Shown one piece after another: positions 1 through 9,954 of a stretch of 64,000 nucleotides of DNA. A model generated the notes under the pieces. It was not told the origin of the DNA, did not search any database, and was given only the letters and a program-made list of their open reading frames with translations. Source of the DNA: Planctomycetota bacterium. Its GTDB lineage: Bacteria; Planctomycetota; Planctomycetia; Pirellulales; Lacipirellulaceae. The stretch spans positions 1 to 64,000 of the forward strand of contig JBCCXZ010000006.1 of NCBI GenBank assembly GCA_039190745.1, read 5' to 3'. Numbering within the stretch: position 1 is the first letter of the stretch; each line of letters opens with the position of its first letter. The position numbers and the translations under genes are program-made.

Positions 1-939
1 CGCGGGCTGTTTGTAGGTGACCGCCTCGACCGGCTCGGCTGCCGGCGTGGAAGCGAGGCCGGCGGCCTCGACCGAGCGGACCCACGTGCTGGCCATCAAC
101 GCCGAGCCAGCGGGCGACGGGTGGACGCCGTCGGGGACCCACGCCTCGGGCGGGGCGATCTCCGTGGCGGCCTGGAACATGCTCATGAACGGCACCCACG
201 CGTCGGCGTACTCGGCGGCGAGCGACTCGGCGGCTTCACGGTAGGCGTCGTAGGCGGGGAAGAACTTGTCGTCGACCTTGCCGACCTTGAAGATGAACGG
301 CTCGCAGAGCACGAGCTTCGCCGCGGGGAGCGACGCCTTCGTGCGTTCGATCAGCGCTCGGTAGCCGGAAAGATAACTCTCGGGCGTTCCCTGGTAGCCC
401 TTGGTGAAGCGGTGCCAGAGGTCGTTCACGCCGATCAGGATGCTCACGACGTCGGGCATCAAGTCGAGGCAGTCGGCCTGCCAGCGTGCGGCGAGGTCGG
501 GCACCTTATTGCCGCTGATGCCGCGGTTGTAGACCTGCAGGCCGTAGTCCGGGTAGGCGATGAGCAGCTCAGCAGTGGCGAGGAAGGCGTAGCCCTTGCC
601 GAGAGCGCTCTTGTCGTTGGGGACCGCGCTGCCACGTTGTCGGCGGGCGTCGGTGATCGAGTCGCCTTGGAAGAGCACCGTGGCGCCGGGGGTGAGTATC
701 GGCCCGGCGGGCCCTTCGGCGGAAACCGGCTGGAGGGGTTGCGGCTCGTCGATTTCCTCGGGCAAGCGGAGGGGCTCAGCAGGCGTGGGGGCGCTGGGCT
801 TCGAGCTGGGCACGAGGACGCTGCGTTCAACGCCCTGCTGGGCGACGGCGGTCGCTGCGGCGAGGCCGGCCCCGGCGGCCGCGGCGCCGCGGGCGATGAA
901 GTGACGGCGGTTTTGCTGGGTGAATTCGTTGTCGGCCAT
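1..939 (-). CDS. Tat-exported SGNH/GDSL-family hydrolase (3' end runs off the window)
   Basis: Hand translation from ATG at 939: MADNEFTQQNRRHFIARGAAAAG (twin-arginine signal), FQGDSITD (block I), NRGISGN (II), LIGVND (III), PDGVHP (V). Not in the ORF track because it has no stop inside the window. Confidence 0.9.
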   Translation of the reverse strand, partial: MADNEFTQQNRRHFIARGAAAAGAGLAAATAVAQQGVERSVLVPSSKPSAPTPAEPLRLPEEIDEPQPLQPVSAEGPAGPILTPGATVLFQGDSITDARRQRGSAVPNDKSALGKGYAFLATAELLIAYPDYGLQVYNRGISGNKVPDLAARWQADCLDLMPDVVSILIGVNDLWHRFTKGYQGTPESYLSGYRALIERTKASLPAAKLVLCEPFIFKVGKVDDKFFPAYDAYREAAESLAAEYADAWVPFMSMFQAATEIAPPEAWVPDGVHPSPAGSALMASTWVRSVEAAGLASTPAAEPVEAVTYKQPA

Positions 940-1060
940 GCCGAGGCCCCCTTCCCGAAGCGTGTGTCGTGCAGGAAGGTACCAGTCTAGCCAAATCGGC
1001 AGGCGGCTGCGCGCAGAAAGGCGCCGCGGACGGCTCTGGGGAGGCCACCTGTTTGCCGGC

Positions 1061-1813
1061 TCAGAAGCGCGGCTGGCCGTAGCTGGCTTGGTCGGCGGGA
1101 GTCGAGGCGGGCGGAGGGAAGAACCCTTCGGGCTGCGGTGCGTTGCCGAAGCCCCCCTGCCCCGCTTGCCCCCCCTGCCCTGCTTGGAAACTGCTGGCGT
1201 CCGGGCCGCCGCCCGCAGGCGTCTGCCACTCCAGCACGTTCTGGGCCTGCGGCCAGAGCGAACGGATGTCTTCGCTGGGCGGGCCCTGGTAGTTGGGGTC
1301 GAGCCGCTCTTCGATTCGGTTCAGGTAGGGCGAGACTACCTCGTGCAGCTCGGGCGGCACGGCCGACTCGGTCTTGTCCAAGAGCACCACGATGTAGTGG
1401 CCGGCGTTGGAGGCGAGGATGGTGTCTTTCTGCGCCTGCGGCAGCAGGGAAACGGCGAAGAAGGTGATCGCCACGCAGAGGCCCACGCCCTTGGCGAAGC
1501 CAAAGAGCGCGCCCATCTGGCGGTCGAAGTACTCGAGTTTCACCTTGTCGATCACGCCGCGGACGACCCGGAAGAGGGTCCAGATCACGAGCGACGTAGC
1601 CATGTAGATGACCAGCATGGCGACGAACTTGTTGAGCGGCGGCGGGGCGAAGCCCTCGAAGGTGGGCGCCAGTTCGTCGGCGAAACGGAGCGCTGCAACG
1701 TAGCTCAACACTAGCGATGCTATCGATGCTATCTGCCAGGCCATGCCCTTGAAAAATCCGAACAGCGTGGCGGTGATGAGCACCAACAGCATGATCACGT
1801 CGTAGGTTTGCAT
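1061..1813 (-). CDS. CvpA (colicin V production) family membrane protein with Q/G/P-rich tail
   Basis: YDVIMLLVL..GFFKGMAWQIAS and DRQMGALFGFAKG motifs, several TM segments. Confidence 0.85.
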   Translation of the reverse strand: MQTYDVIMLLVLITATLFGFFKGMAWQIASIASLVLSYVAALRFADELAPTFEGFAPPPLNKFVAMLVIYMATSLVIWTLFRVVRGVIDKVKLEYFDRQMGALFGFAKGVGLCVAITFFAVSLLPQAQKDTILASNAGHYIVVLLDKTESAVPPELHEVVSPYLNRIEERLDPNYQGPPSEDIRSLWPQAQNVLEWQTPAGGGPDASSFQAGQGGQAGQGGFGNAPQPEGFFPPPASTPADQASYGQPRF

Positions 1814-2050
1814 AGCGGTTGTTCGCTTGCTGGAAGCCGATGGGCTGTCTTGGGGGCGAGAATCGCGCGGGAGTATATCGGCGTCCCCCGGATGAGCGAA
1901 GGGCGGTTCGCGGCGGTGCCAGCAGTGCCGTCACCCGTACGCATTCGCTTGGTGAGGGGCGTTCTTGCCGAGTTCGGGTGAAATGGAAACATGCGACGGG
2001 TCGATTGGGTTAGTTGAGTCTGCGTTTGGGGCTCCGGCCGACCGTAAGTT

Positions 2051-2110
2051 GGCGGATTGTGCGATGCGAGAGCTCGTCATTCCGCAATCCGAAACCCGCA
2101 CTCCGCATTT
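2051..2110. repeat. Degenerate heptamer tandem (A(A/T/C)TCCGC-like) with inverted arm, REP-like intergenic element
   Basis: attccgc-aatccga-aacccgc-actccgc at 2079-2106; cggattg (2053-2059) is complementary to caatccg (2085-2091). Confidence 0.5.
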
Positions 2111-2112
2111 GT

Positions 2113-2934
2113 ATGGCCGACTTCAAAACACACGTAACGACCAGCAGCGTGTGCGGCGTAGGCTACGCCGCCGCGGGTTTTTGGATGGGGGTGCCGGTGG
2201 AGTCGGCGCTCATCGCAGGCGGGCTGTGCGGCGTGGGCGGCATGCTGCCGGACATCGACAGCGACTCGGGCATCCCCTTCCGCGAATCGATGGCGCTCGC
2301 CGCGGCGGTGGCGCCCATGATGATGCTGCCCAGGCTCCAGTCGCTGGGGCTGAACAACGAGCAGATCGTGCTCGCCGGCATGAGCAGCTACCTGTTCGTG
2401 CGGTTTGTGGTGGCGAAGATGATCGCCAAGTACACCGTTCACAGGGGGATGTTCCACAGCATCCCGGCGATTCTCATATTTGGCGGGATCGTGTTCCTGC
2501 TCTCGAACACGGCCGACCTGCACCTGCGGTACTTCAAGGCGTGCGGCGTGATGCTCGGAGTGCTCTCGCACCTGACGCTGGACGAGATCTACTCGGTGGA
2601 CGTCCGCGGCCTGCGGCTGAAGAAGTCGGCCGGCACGGCGCTGAAACTGTGGGGCAAGAGCACGTGGTCGAACGTCTCGGCCTACGGCAAACTGCTGATC
2701 ATTGTCGTGCTGATCCTGGGCGAGCCGATGGTGATGGAGCGCTACGGCGAGCGGCCGGTGATGACTGCGGCGAAGCAGTACATGAACGGCGGGGCGCCGG
2801 TCACCGAAGGGATTGACCCGAACGCGCTGGCCGCTGGCGTGGTGCCGCCGGCCGAAGAGACGGGCGTCGAGGGCGACCAGAACATCTACGACACGGCGCG
2901 TCGCATCTGGCGGCGGTTTAAGGAGCAGCGGTAG
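2113..2934 (+). CDS. Membrane-bound metal-dependent hydrolase (YdjM-like)
   Basis: MADFKTH, MLPDIDS, HRGMFHS and SHLTLD motifs; start moved to ATG 2113. Confidence 0.85.
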   Translation: MADFKTHVTTSSVCGVGYAAAGFWMGVPVESALIAGGLCGVGGMLPDIDSDSGIPFRESMALAAAVAPMMMLPRLQSLGLNNEQIVLAGMSSYLFVRFVVAKMIAKYTVHRGMFHSIPAILIFGGIVFLLSNTADLHLRYFKACGVMLGVLSHLTLDEIYSVDVRGLRLKKSAGTALKLWGKSTWSNVSAYGKLLIIVVLILGEPMVMERYGERPVMTAAKQYMNGGAPVTEGIDPNALAAGVVPPAEETGVEGDQNIYDTARRIWRRFKEQR

Positions 2935-3066
2935 TCCACGATCCCTTCTCCTGCGACTTGTTTTGGTATTGCATCCAGTGTGGGCAAATACACCCGCACC
3001 GATAGACGCCTTTGCGTCACCGACCTCAGGTGCAGCGCTGTTTGGTCGCCAGGAGAGATCTGCCCC

Positions 3067-3753
3067 TCACTGCTCTTTGCGCCTAAGTACGAGGCCACGG
3101 ATGAGCTTAGTTAAGCAGATAGCGGTAACGGCTAAGGCTGCAAGAAGTGCCAGTACGGCCATTCTGACGAAGTTGGAACTGACCAACAGAGGTCCCGCGG
3201 AGGTCGGAAATACCTGTGTTCGTTCAACGGACGCCCATTTGTGCACCATCACTGGAGAGGTCGACTCCATGATCTGTTCGATCATGTTCAAGAAGTCTCT
3301 TCTACTTCTATAGCGAACGATAGCAACGTCGTCCCAGTCCGTTGCTCCGTCCGGGTGGATCAACCGACCACGCACATTGCTCGTGTAGATCGGGAAGCTT
3401 CCATTCCTAATGAGATAGGGCACAACCGCCCGGCCATAGCGGTTATTCGCGGATTTCGGGTCGTCACCCATTTCTAGCTTCAGTTCTTCGGGGTACAGAG
3501 CTTTGTCTCTGTACTCGATGAGATTCACCATGAAGAACTCTCGGCCGTCGTCACCGGCAGCAAATGCACGGATATCATCCAGTCCTATTCTTGAGACTGA
3601 CTCCTCATCACTCCCCGACAACTCATTGATCCTGGCAAGGCGGGACTCAACCTCTCTTTCCGACATCGCCTGACCGGAACCGCCAAACCACAACAGGAAT
3701 GCGATATAGAGCAGGGCCAACGCCCCGATGAAAAATTTAGGTCCGTGCTTCAC
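3067..3753 (-). CDS. DUF1330-like membrane-anchored protein, AT-richer than neighbours
   Basis: FFMVNLIEYR..WDDVAIVRYRSRRDFL; TM segments at both ends. Confidence 0.65.
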   Translation of the reverse strand: MKHGPKFFIGALALLYIAFLLWFGGSGQAMSEREVESRLARINELSGSDEESVSRIGLDDIRAFAAGDDGREFFMVNLIEYRDKALYPEELKLEMGDDPKSANNRYGRAVVPYLIRNGSFPIYTSNVRGRLIHPDGATDWDDVAIVRYRSRRDFLNMIEQIMESTSPVMVHKWASVERTQVFPTSAGPLLVSSNFVRMAVLALLAALAVTAICLTKLIRGLVLRRKEQ

Positions 3754-3811
3754 GGAAGGTCCTCCGGCCTACGGCTGATGACCATGACGCTCATGATTGT
3801 TCTTGTTGTCC

Positions 3812-4783
3812 TCACCGTTCATCGGCGGCGCGTAGCTGACGGTCTCGGAGGGCGTGGCCGACGCCTTGGTCGGGCGCCCTTTGGATGTAGATGAGAGTCG
3901 CACCGCGGCGGTCGGCTTCGCGGAGGAACTCGTAGAACCCGGCGGCGTAGTCTTCGAGCGTTGCGAAGACGACGCTGAACTCTAGGGCGTCTTCTTCTAC
4001 GGGTAGCATTCCGCAGTAGGCGATGATATCTCCGCTGGAGAGGTCGATCGCATCGAGGGAGTCGATCAGCACCACCTCTGCCTTCGGCTGGTAGTGCGGG
4101 TGGAGCGTGCCGGGGGAGCGGACTTTGTCGCTGAGTTCGCTAGAGGGCTCGCCGGATGCCTCGCGGGCGTCGGGGAGGATGCGGCGGATGGCTTCGAGCG
4201 TGACGGCGCCGGGGCGGAGGACCGTGGAGACGGGGCCGGTGCAATCGACCACCGTGGACTCGACGCCGATAGAGAGGCCGTCTTGGCGGTAGACGGCGTC
4301 GACGCGGCCGCCCAAGTCTTCGAGCACCGTCCGCCAGCGGGTGCCGCTGGGGCGGCCGGAGCGGTTCGCCGACGGGGCGGCCACCGGCGTGCCGGCGAGG
4401 CGTAGCACCTCGCGGGCGACCGGGTGGTCGGGCACGCGGACTCCGACCGTTTCGAGTCCTGCCGTTACCAGCGGGGAGATCTCCGGACGTTTGGGCAGCA
4501 CCACCGTCAGTGGCCCGGGAGCGAACTCGGCGAGGAGCGTCTCGGCGCTGGGCGTGAGCATCGCCGCCGCGGTGGACCAGTCCGCGGCGTCGGCGATGTG
4601 GACGATGAGCGGGTTGGTGCTCGGCCGGCCCTTGGCGTCGAACAGCTTCTGCACCGCCGCCTCGTTGGTTGCGTCGACGCCGAGACCGAAGACCGTCTCG
4701 GTCGGGAACGCGACGAGTCCGCCGGCGCGGATGATCTCCGCGGCTTCACTCGGCGACTGGATGAGGGCGGTTTTCACGATCAC
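3812..4783 (-). CDS. tsaC: L-threonylcarbamoyladenylate synthase (Sua5 type)
   Basis: VAFPTETVFGLG, KGRPSTNPLIVH, APSANRSG, ESTVVD and PGTLHPHYQP plus Sua5 C-domain; probable GTG start at 4783. Confidence 0.93.
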   Translation of the reverse strand: MIVKTALIQSPSEAAEIIRAGGLVAFPTETVFGLGVDATNEAAVQKLFDAKGRPSTNPLIVHIADAADWSTAAAMLTPSAETLLAEFAPGPLTVVLPKRPEISPLVTAGLETVGVRVPDHPVAREVLRLAGTPVAAPSANRSGRPSGTRWRTVLEDLGGRVDAVYRQDGLSIGVESTVVDCTGPVSTVLRPGAVTLEAIRRILPDAREASGEPSSELSDKVRSPGTLHPHYQPKAEVVLIDSLDAIDLSSGDIIAYCGMLPVEEDALEFSVVFATLEDYAAGFYEFLREADRRGATLIYIQRAPDQGVGHALRDRQLRAADER

Positions 4784-4877
4784 GTAGCAATGCGTTCGTT
4801 GGGCTGGAACACTGGCCGTTGGCAACGACAGCGGAAAACCCATCCAAAGATGGATAGCCGGCAACTCGTATTGGGGA

Positions 4878-5330
4878 CTACCCTGCTTCTGATGGTTGCC
4901 CCGTGTCTTCTGACTCCGGGGTCGGCCATTGGGCGGCGAGGGCCGACCGATTCGAGAGTTCCGCTTTCGCTAGGATGTGGTGGACGTGGTCTTTGACCGT
5001 AGCCACGGAGATGTAGAGCCGGGAAGCGATCTGCTTGTTCGCGAGGCCGGCGGCGACGAGTTCGGCGACCTCCTGCTCTCGCGGTGAGAGGCGGTCGACC
5101 CAGGCGGGGCGTTCGGCGTGATGAGCTGCGCGGACGACAACGAGGGGTTGGCCGATCTCGGCGGCTGCGTCGAGGTCAATCGTCAGACCGGCGTCGGCCT
5201 GGAAGGCCCCGGCGAGTTCAACCAGCTTGGGCATCTGCACGCCGACGCCGTTGTGCGCCTGCAGCTCGTCGACAAGCTTGCGGAGCTTGATCAGCGAATC
5301 TCGGTCGAGAGGCGGATAGTGGCCAGGCAT
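4878..5330 (-). CDS. LuxR-type HTH transcriptional regulator (no receiver domain)
   Basis: LSPREQEVAELVAAGLANKQIASRLYISVATVKDHVHHILAK; start MPGHYPP at 5330. Confidence 0.88.
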   Translation of the reverse strand: MPGHYPPLDRDSLIKLRKLVDELQAHNGVGVQMPKLVELAGAFQADAGLTIDLDAAAEIGQPLVVVRAAHHAERPAWVDRLSPREQEVAELVAAGLANKQIASRLYISVATVKDHVHHILAKAELSNRSALAAQWPTPESEDTGQPSEAG

Positions 5331-5391
5331 AGCGGCCTCCGTCGGGGCGGCGTCCAACAGAAACAACAAGACAGCTTGAAAGGAACGCAGT

Positions 5392-5778
5392 ATGGCAGCA
5401 GACGAAGCACAACGCGAGTTCGTCCACCGGTTCTTCCGGGCGATGCAGGCCGGTGAGGCGGGGCACGAGGAGCTGATGAGCCTGTTCGCTGACGATGCGG
5501 TGATGGTCGACCCGTTCACAGGCAAGCCGGAGACGCGGAACGGGATCGGTGAGATCCGGGAGAGCTTCCGCTGCACGCTCGAGCAGCCGACGCCCGACAT
5601 CAAGCTGGAGGTGAACCGGATCGACTTGGACGGCCCGCTTGTGAGGGCGGAGTGGACGTGTACGGCGCCGTCGTTCCCGTCGCCGGTAAAGGGGTACGAC
5701 CTGTTTGACTTGCGTGAGGGGAAGATTGCCCGACTGGAGATTATTGTGACTGAGGCTCCGGGGATGCGCGATGCTTGA
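5392..5778 (+). CDS. SnoaL/NTF2-like protein
   Basis: LFADDAVMVDP..GYDLFDLREGKIARL; SD-like aaggaa upstream. Confidence 0.85.
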   Translation: MAADEAQREFVHRFFRAMQAGEAGHEELMSLFADDAVMVDPFTGKPETRNGIGEIRESFRCTLEQPTPDIKLEVNRIDLDGPLVRAEWTCTAPSFPSPVKGYDLFDLREGKIARLEIIVTEAPGMRDA

Positions 5779-5796
5779 GCCACAATCGAGCGATCG

Positions 5797-6243
5797 CTAA
5801 CGCTCTGCAGTATCCAGCCACAGCGTCACTGGGCCGTCGTTTACGAGCTCGACCTCCATGTGCGTGCGGAAGCGGCCGGTTTCGGTGGTCACCCCCCTGC
5901 CCCGCGTGGCGGCGACGAATTCTTCGTAGACCCGCTCGGCCATCTCGGGCGGGGCGGCGTCGACGAAGCTCGGCCGGCGGCCCTTGCGGCAGTCGCCGTA
6001 GAGCGTGAACTGGCTGACCACGAGCAACGAGCCGCCGATGTCGGCCAGCGAGAGGTTCATCTTGCCGGCGTCGTCCTCAAAGATGCGGAGGTTGATGATC
6101 TTCTCGGCGAGCCAGTCGCGCTCGGCGTCGGTGTCGTCAGCGGCGACGCCAAGCAGCACCAACAGGCCGGGGCCGATCTCGCCGGTGGTCTCGCCCTCGA
6201 CGACGACGCGGGCTCGGCTGACGCGTTGGATGAGGGCTCGCAT
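5797..6243 (-). CDS. dtd: D-aminoacyl-tRNA deacylase
   Basis: [27 protein letters not shown]. Confidence 0.97.
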   Translation of the reverse strand: MRALIQRVSRARVVVEGETTGEIGPGLLVLLGVAADDTDAERDWLAEKIINLRIFEDDAGKMNLSLADIGGSLLVVSQFTLYGDCRKGRRPSFVDAAPPEMAERVYEEFVAATRGRGVTTETGRFRTHMEVELVNDGPVTLWLDTAER

Positions 6244-6367
6244 GCGTAGCGGGTCTTACTGGAAGGCTTGCTGACGGAGCTCCGGCGAGGCGTAGCTCGC
6301 CGGCTAGGAACGATAGTGCTAGGATACGGGATTCTGACTTACGCGGCTTGGCGAAGGAAGCGCTGCT

Positions 6368-7207
6368 GTGCCGGACGTTGTCCCGCTGACGTACTACTCG
6401 CTGTTGATCCTGGCCGCCTCGGTGGCCGGGGGGATGATCCCGACGTGGGTGCGGCTGACGCACCTGCGGATGGAGGTCGCGGTGAGCTTCGTGGCGGGCG
6501 TGATGATGGGCGTGGGGATGCTGCACCTCTTGCCGCACGCGCTGCGGCAGGCTCCGGGGGACGAGGTCGCCGTCTGCGTGTGGGTGCTGCTGGGATGGCT
6601 GGCGATGTTCTTCATCGAGCGGTTCTTCCGCTTCCATCACCACGAGCTGGAGGCGGGCGAGGTGGTCTGCTCGTACGACCGCTCGCACGACGCGCCGGGC
6701 CCGTCGCACGGGCACGACCTCACCTGGAGCGGCGCCGCGTTGGGCCTGACGCTGCACAGCGTGATCGCCGGGGTGGCGCTCGCGGCGAGCGTGGAGCACG
6801 GGCACGCGACCCTGTCGCTCCCCGGGCTGGGGACGTTTCTGGCGATCTTGCTGCACAAGCCGTTCGACTCGATGACGATCGCAACGCTGATGGCGCGGGG
6901 CGGGTGGTCGGTCCCGATGCGTCACGCGGTGAACGGACTGTTCGCGCTGGCGATCCCCGTGGGGGTGCTGATCTTCCACTTCGGGCTGATGGGCGGCGAC
7001 GAAGGGGGCTCTGCCCTTGCGTATGCCCTGGCCTTCTCGGCGGGGATGTTTTTCTGCATCGCCGCGAGCGACCTGCTGCCGGAGCTGCAGTTCCACGACC
7101 ACGACCGAGGGAAGCTTTCTGCGGCTTTGTTGGTGGGTTTGGCGGTAGCGTATGCGGTGTGCTGGATTGAGGGGCTTACGCACGCACACCCGGTGACGGG
7201 CGCCTGA
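6368..7207 (+). CDS. ZIP-family zinc/metal transporter
   Basis: HLLPHA, His-rich loop, LHSVIAGVALA, ILLHKPFDS, SDLLPEL. Confidence 0.9.
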   Translation: MPDVVPLTYYSLLILAASVAGGMIPTWVRLTHLRMEVAVSFVAGVMMGVGMLHLLPHALRQAPGDEVAVCVWVLLGWLAMFFIERFFRFHHHELEAGEVVCSYDRSHDAPGPSHGHDLTWSGAALGLTLHSVIAGVALAASVEHGHATLSLPGLGTFLAILLHKPFDSMTIATLMARGGWSVPMRHAVNGLFALAIPVGVLIFHFGLMGGDEGGSALAYALAFSAGMFFCIAASDLLPELQFHDHDRGKLSAALLVGLAVAYAVCWIEGLTHAHPVTGA

Positions 7208-7306
7208 GAACCTCTCCGCAAAAAGGTTGTTTCCCGCACTCGGCGGTGTACATTGCGGGGGTTGGGGGAAACTGCTCATCGCGCTGGTCCGCAAGGGGGC
7301 GGCCGG

Positions 7307-8155
7307 ATGTCTGAGACGCCGCAGGCTGATATCGATCCGAGGCGCGAGCTTGCGCGGCGGCGGATGGAGGCGGCGCGGGCGGAGTTGGCAGCCAAGGAAG
7401 CCGAGAAGCGGCCGGCGGCCAAGCGGCGGGAGTCGGCAACTCGCCGGGATAGTCGGCCGACGATTTCCTCGCTGGTCCCCTCTGTTCACAGCACTGTGAT
7501 TGTGCACGGGCTGCTGTTGGCGCTCCTCACGCCTCTGGTACTTGTGGCTGTCACGGGCGTCTACTACCTGTTGCTGACGCTGCCGGTGGCCGGGCGGGTG
7601 ATGGCGATGGGTACCGGCACCCTGGCGGCGGTAATGCTGGGTTACGCCTCGGTGTGCATGCTGGGGATCATCGAGTCGACCACGCAGGGCCAAACCACGC
7701 TGGAGCACGCCGTGCAGGGCGACTGGCGGGATTGGTTCTGGTCGTTGCCGACGACGCTTGGGATGGCCGTTGTGGCGGGCGCGTGTGGTTATGCGCTGAG
7801 CCTGCTGGGGACGGGCAACCCTTGGATCGTGATCAGCGTTGCATTACTGGTGGTGTACCCGGTGCTGCAGCTCTCGACGCTCGAGCGGGGGGCGGTGTTT
7901 GCGCCGGTTTCCGCGCCCATTCTGCGGACGCTGCTGTTTCAGCCGATGGCGTGGGCGGTGTTTTATGCGGCCTCGGTGGCGTTGTGGGTCGGTGTGGCTG
8001 CGCTCGCCCGGGCGCTGTGGCGTGACCCGCCGTTTGTGACCGTGGCCATGATGGGCCCGGTACTGACGGCGGCCTTGTTCGTTTACTCTTGGATGCTCGG
8101 CGTGCTGGCGACTTGGGTCAGCGCCCGGGAGGTCTTGTTTTCGGAGGATGCCTGA
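7307..8155 (+). CDS. Hypothetical polytopic membrane protein
   Basis: Charged N-terminus then about 6 hydrophobic segments; ends 2 nt before the next ATG. Confidence 0.7.
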   Translation: MSETPQADIDPRRELARRRMEAARAELAAKEAEKRPAAKRRESATRRDSRPTISSLVPSVHSTVIVHGLLLALLTPLVLVAVTGVYYLLLTLPVAGRVMAMGTGTLAAVMLGYASVCMLGIIESTTQGQTTLEHAVQGDWRDWFWSLPTTLGMAVVAGACGYALSLLGTGNPWIVISVALLVVYPVLQLSTLERGAVFAPVSAPILRTLLFQPMAWAVFYAASVALWVGVAALARALWRDPPFVTVAMMGPVLTAALFVYSWMLGVLATWVSAREVLFSEDA

Positions 8156-8157
8156 CG

Positions 8158-8760
8158 ATGCGTCGTTTCGATTTGCAGCTTCTGGTTCTGTGTGGCGCCC
8201 TGCCCTGTCTGTTGCTAGCCGGTTGCGGCGACGCGCCGGTGGAGGCGCCGACGTCTTTCGGCAAGTGGAACTGCAGTGACGGGACGTTCGAGTGCGACTA
8301 CCCCGAAAACTGGGAGTCCAGCGGCGGGGGCAAGAAGGTCGCGTGGGCGAAGTTCCTCTCTGGGCCGGCGATGATCAGCGTGAAGGGCGACACGGCGGGT
8401 TCGCTGATGGCGGAGCCGGGCATTGCCGCGGGCGCTGACGACACGCTCGGGCCGCAGTTGCACCCGGCTCACAAGCTGCACGTGGACTACTACCGGAAGT
8501 TTGCTGAGGAGGAATTCGATGGCTACGCGGAAGTCGGCAACCCCGCGGTGCACGACTGCCCGCTGGGCCCGGCGCGGCTGAGCGAGTTCACCTATTCGAC
8601 CGCCTTTGGCACCGGCATGCACGGCTACCGCGGGACGATCCTCGGCAAAGACAAGGCGGTGCTGGTGTACTGCGTGTGCCCCGAGTCGGACTGGGCGACG
8701 CTGAAGCCGGCGTTCGACCAGGTGCTGGCGTCGTTCGACCGCGGGATGGCGGAGCTGTAG
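8158..8760 (+). CDS. Lipoprotein, possibly PsbP/Mog1-like fold
   Basis: Lipobox LLAGC; FECDYPENW..LKPAFDQVLASF pattern. Confidence 0.65.
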   Translation: MRRFDLQLLVLCGALPCLLLAGCGDAPVEAPTSFGKWNCSDGTFECDYPENWESSGGGKKVAWAKFLSGPAMISVKGDTAGSLMAEPGIAAGADDTLGPQLHPAHKLHVDYYRKFAEEEFDGYAEVGNPAVHDCPLGPARLSEFTYSTAFGTGMHGYRGTILGKDKAVLVYCVCPESDWATLKPAFDQVLASFDRGMAEL

Positions 8761-8771
8761 CAGACGAGCTG

Positions 8772-9764
8772 CTACTCGCCTTCGAGCCAGTCGATGATCC
8801 GCCAGTCGAGCCAGCGGGAGTCGGGGTCGTTGCTGCGTGCCCCGATAAACCCGAGGTGGCCGCCGGAGCGGGGGGCGAGGACCTCCACGGCGTCGCTGCG
8901 GTCGAATCCGAAGAAGGCGTGGAACGGCACGATCGGATCGTCCTGGCTCTTGAGGACGGTCACGCTCTGGCGGATCGCTGAGAGCTTCGGGCCGGGCGAC
9001 GCTTTGCGGTAGTAGTCGTCGGCCGAGGCGAAGCCGCCCGCGGGGGCGGTGACGCGCTCGTCGAGGTCGCGGAGCCGGGTTGGAGGCTCGGGGTCGCTCG
9101 GCGCGAGGTGCGGGTGGACCGTGCCGCGGTGGAGGACTTGCTTCCAGACGTTGCGGGCAAAGAAGCGGTTGTAGCGTCGGGCGAAGCCGGTGTTTAGGTG
9201 CTGCTCAGTAAACACCAAGTCGATCGGCGGGCAGATAGCCAGCGAACGCACTAGGTTTCCGCAGACGAACTCGCCGGCGTCGGCGAGCATGTTCAGAAGG
9301 ATCCCTCCGCTGAGAGAGTAGCCAACAGCGTAGGCCGGAGAGTCGGGGCAGCAGCGGGCGATGTGCTCCAGCGCCGCGGCGATGTCGCCGCCGAGGCCGC
9401 AGTGGACCGGTTTCTCGGCGTGGGCGACGCCGGCCCCGCAGCCGCGGAGGTCCATGCGGAAGACAGTATAGCCGCGCTCGTTAAGCCGGCTGGCGACGCG
9501 GACCATGTACGGGCTGAGGTGGCAGCCGGTGAGGCCGTGGGCGAGCAGGACGACCTCGCCGTTAGAGGGACCGCTAGGGCCGTCTTCGTGTAGGACGATC
9601 GCTTCGCCGTCTTCAACTTCGACGACGTGCGCTTTGGCGTTGTAAGGGCTGACGCGGCTGGGAAGGTAGACGCCCGCGGCGGTCTGCAAGTGGCCGTTGC
9701 AGAGCAAGGGGTGCGGGCGGAATGCGGGCACGGACAGCGTTTCGGGGAGCGTCGCTGTAGGCAT
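8772..9764 (-). CDS. YheT-family alpha/beta hydrolase
   Basis: NGHLQT, HGLTG, DLRGCG, GYSLSG, DDPIVP, GGHLGF. Confidence 0.92.
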   Translation of the reverse strand: MPTATLPETLSVPAFRPHPLLCNGHLQTAAGVYLPSRVSPYNAKAHVVEVEDGEAIVLHEDGPSGPSNGEVVLLAHGLTGCHLSPYMVRVASRLNERGYTVFRMDLRGCGAGVAHAEKPVHCGLGGDIAAALEHIARCCPDSPAYAVGYSLSGGILLNMLADAGEFVCGNLVRSLAICPPIDLVFTEQHLNTGFARRYNRFFARNVWKQVLHRGTVHPHLAPSDPEPPTRLRDLDERVTAPAGGFASADDYYRKASPGPKLSAIRQSVTVLKSQDDPIVPFHAFFGFDRSDAVEVLAPRSGGHLGFIGARSNDPDSRWLDWRIIDWLEGE

Positions 9765-9954
9765 ATACGCGCGGGTCTCGGGGGGGACGCTCTGCCTGGG
9801 GGCCGGGTGCGGGGCGGATGAGCCGGCGGTCGGTAAACTCTGCCAAGACCGGCTGATCGGCGGGCGTCGTGTTTGGTCGAGCGGCGGCGGTATTCCGCCC
9901 GACAATTATGGTTGGCCCGCCCGTATTGTATACCGCGTCGGAGGCTGTGCAGCT

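Noticed and set aside
121..990. 289-aa + strand ORF
   Set aside because: Antisense shadow of the SGNH hydrolase on the - strand.
6137..7708. 523-aa - strand ORF and many similar long Arg/Pro-rich ORFs (e.g. 27752-29443, 22214-23473, 63058-63801)
   Set aside because: High-GC shadow frames overlapping well-supported genes; no family motifs.
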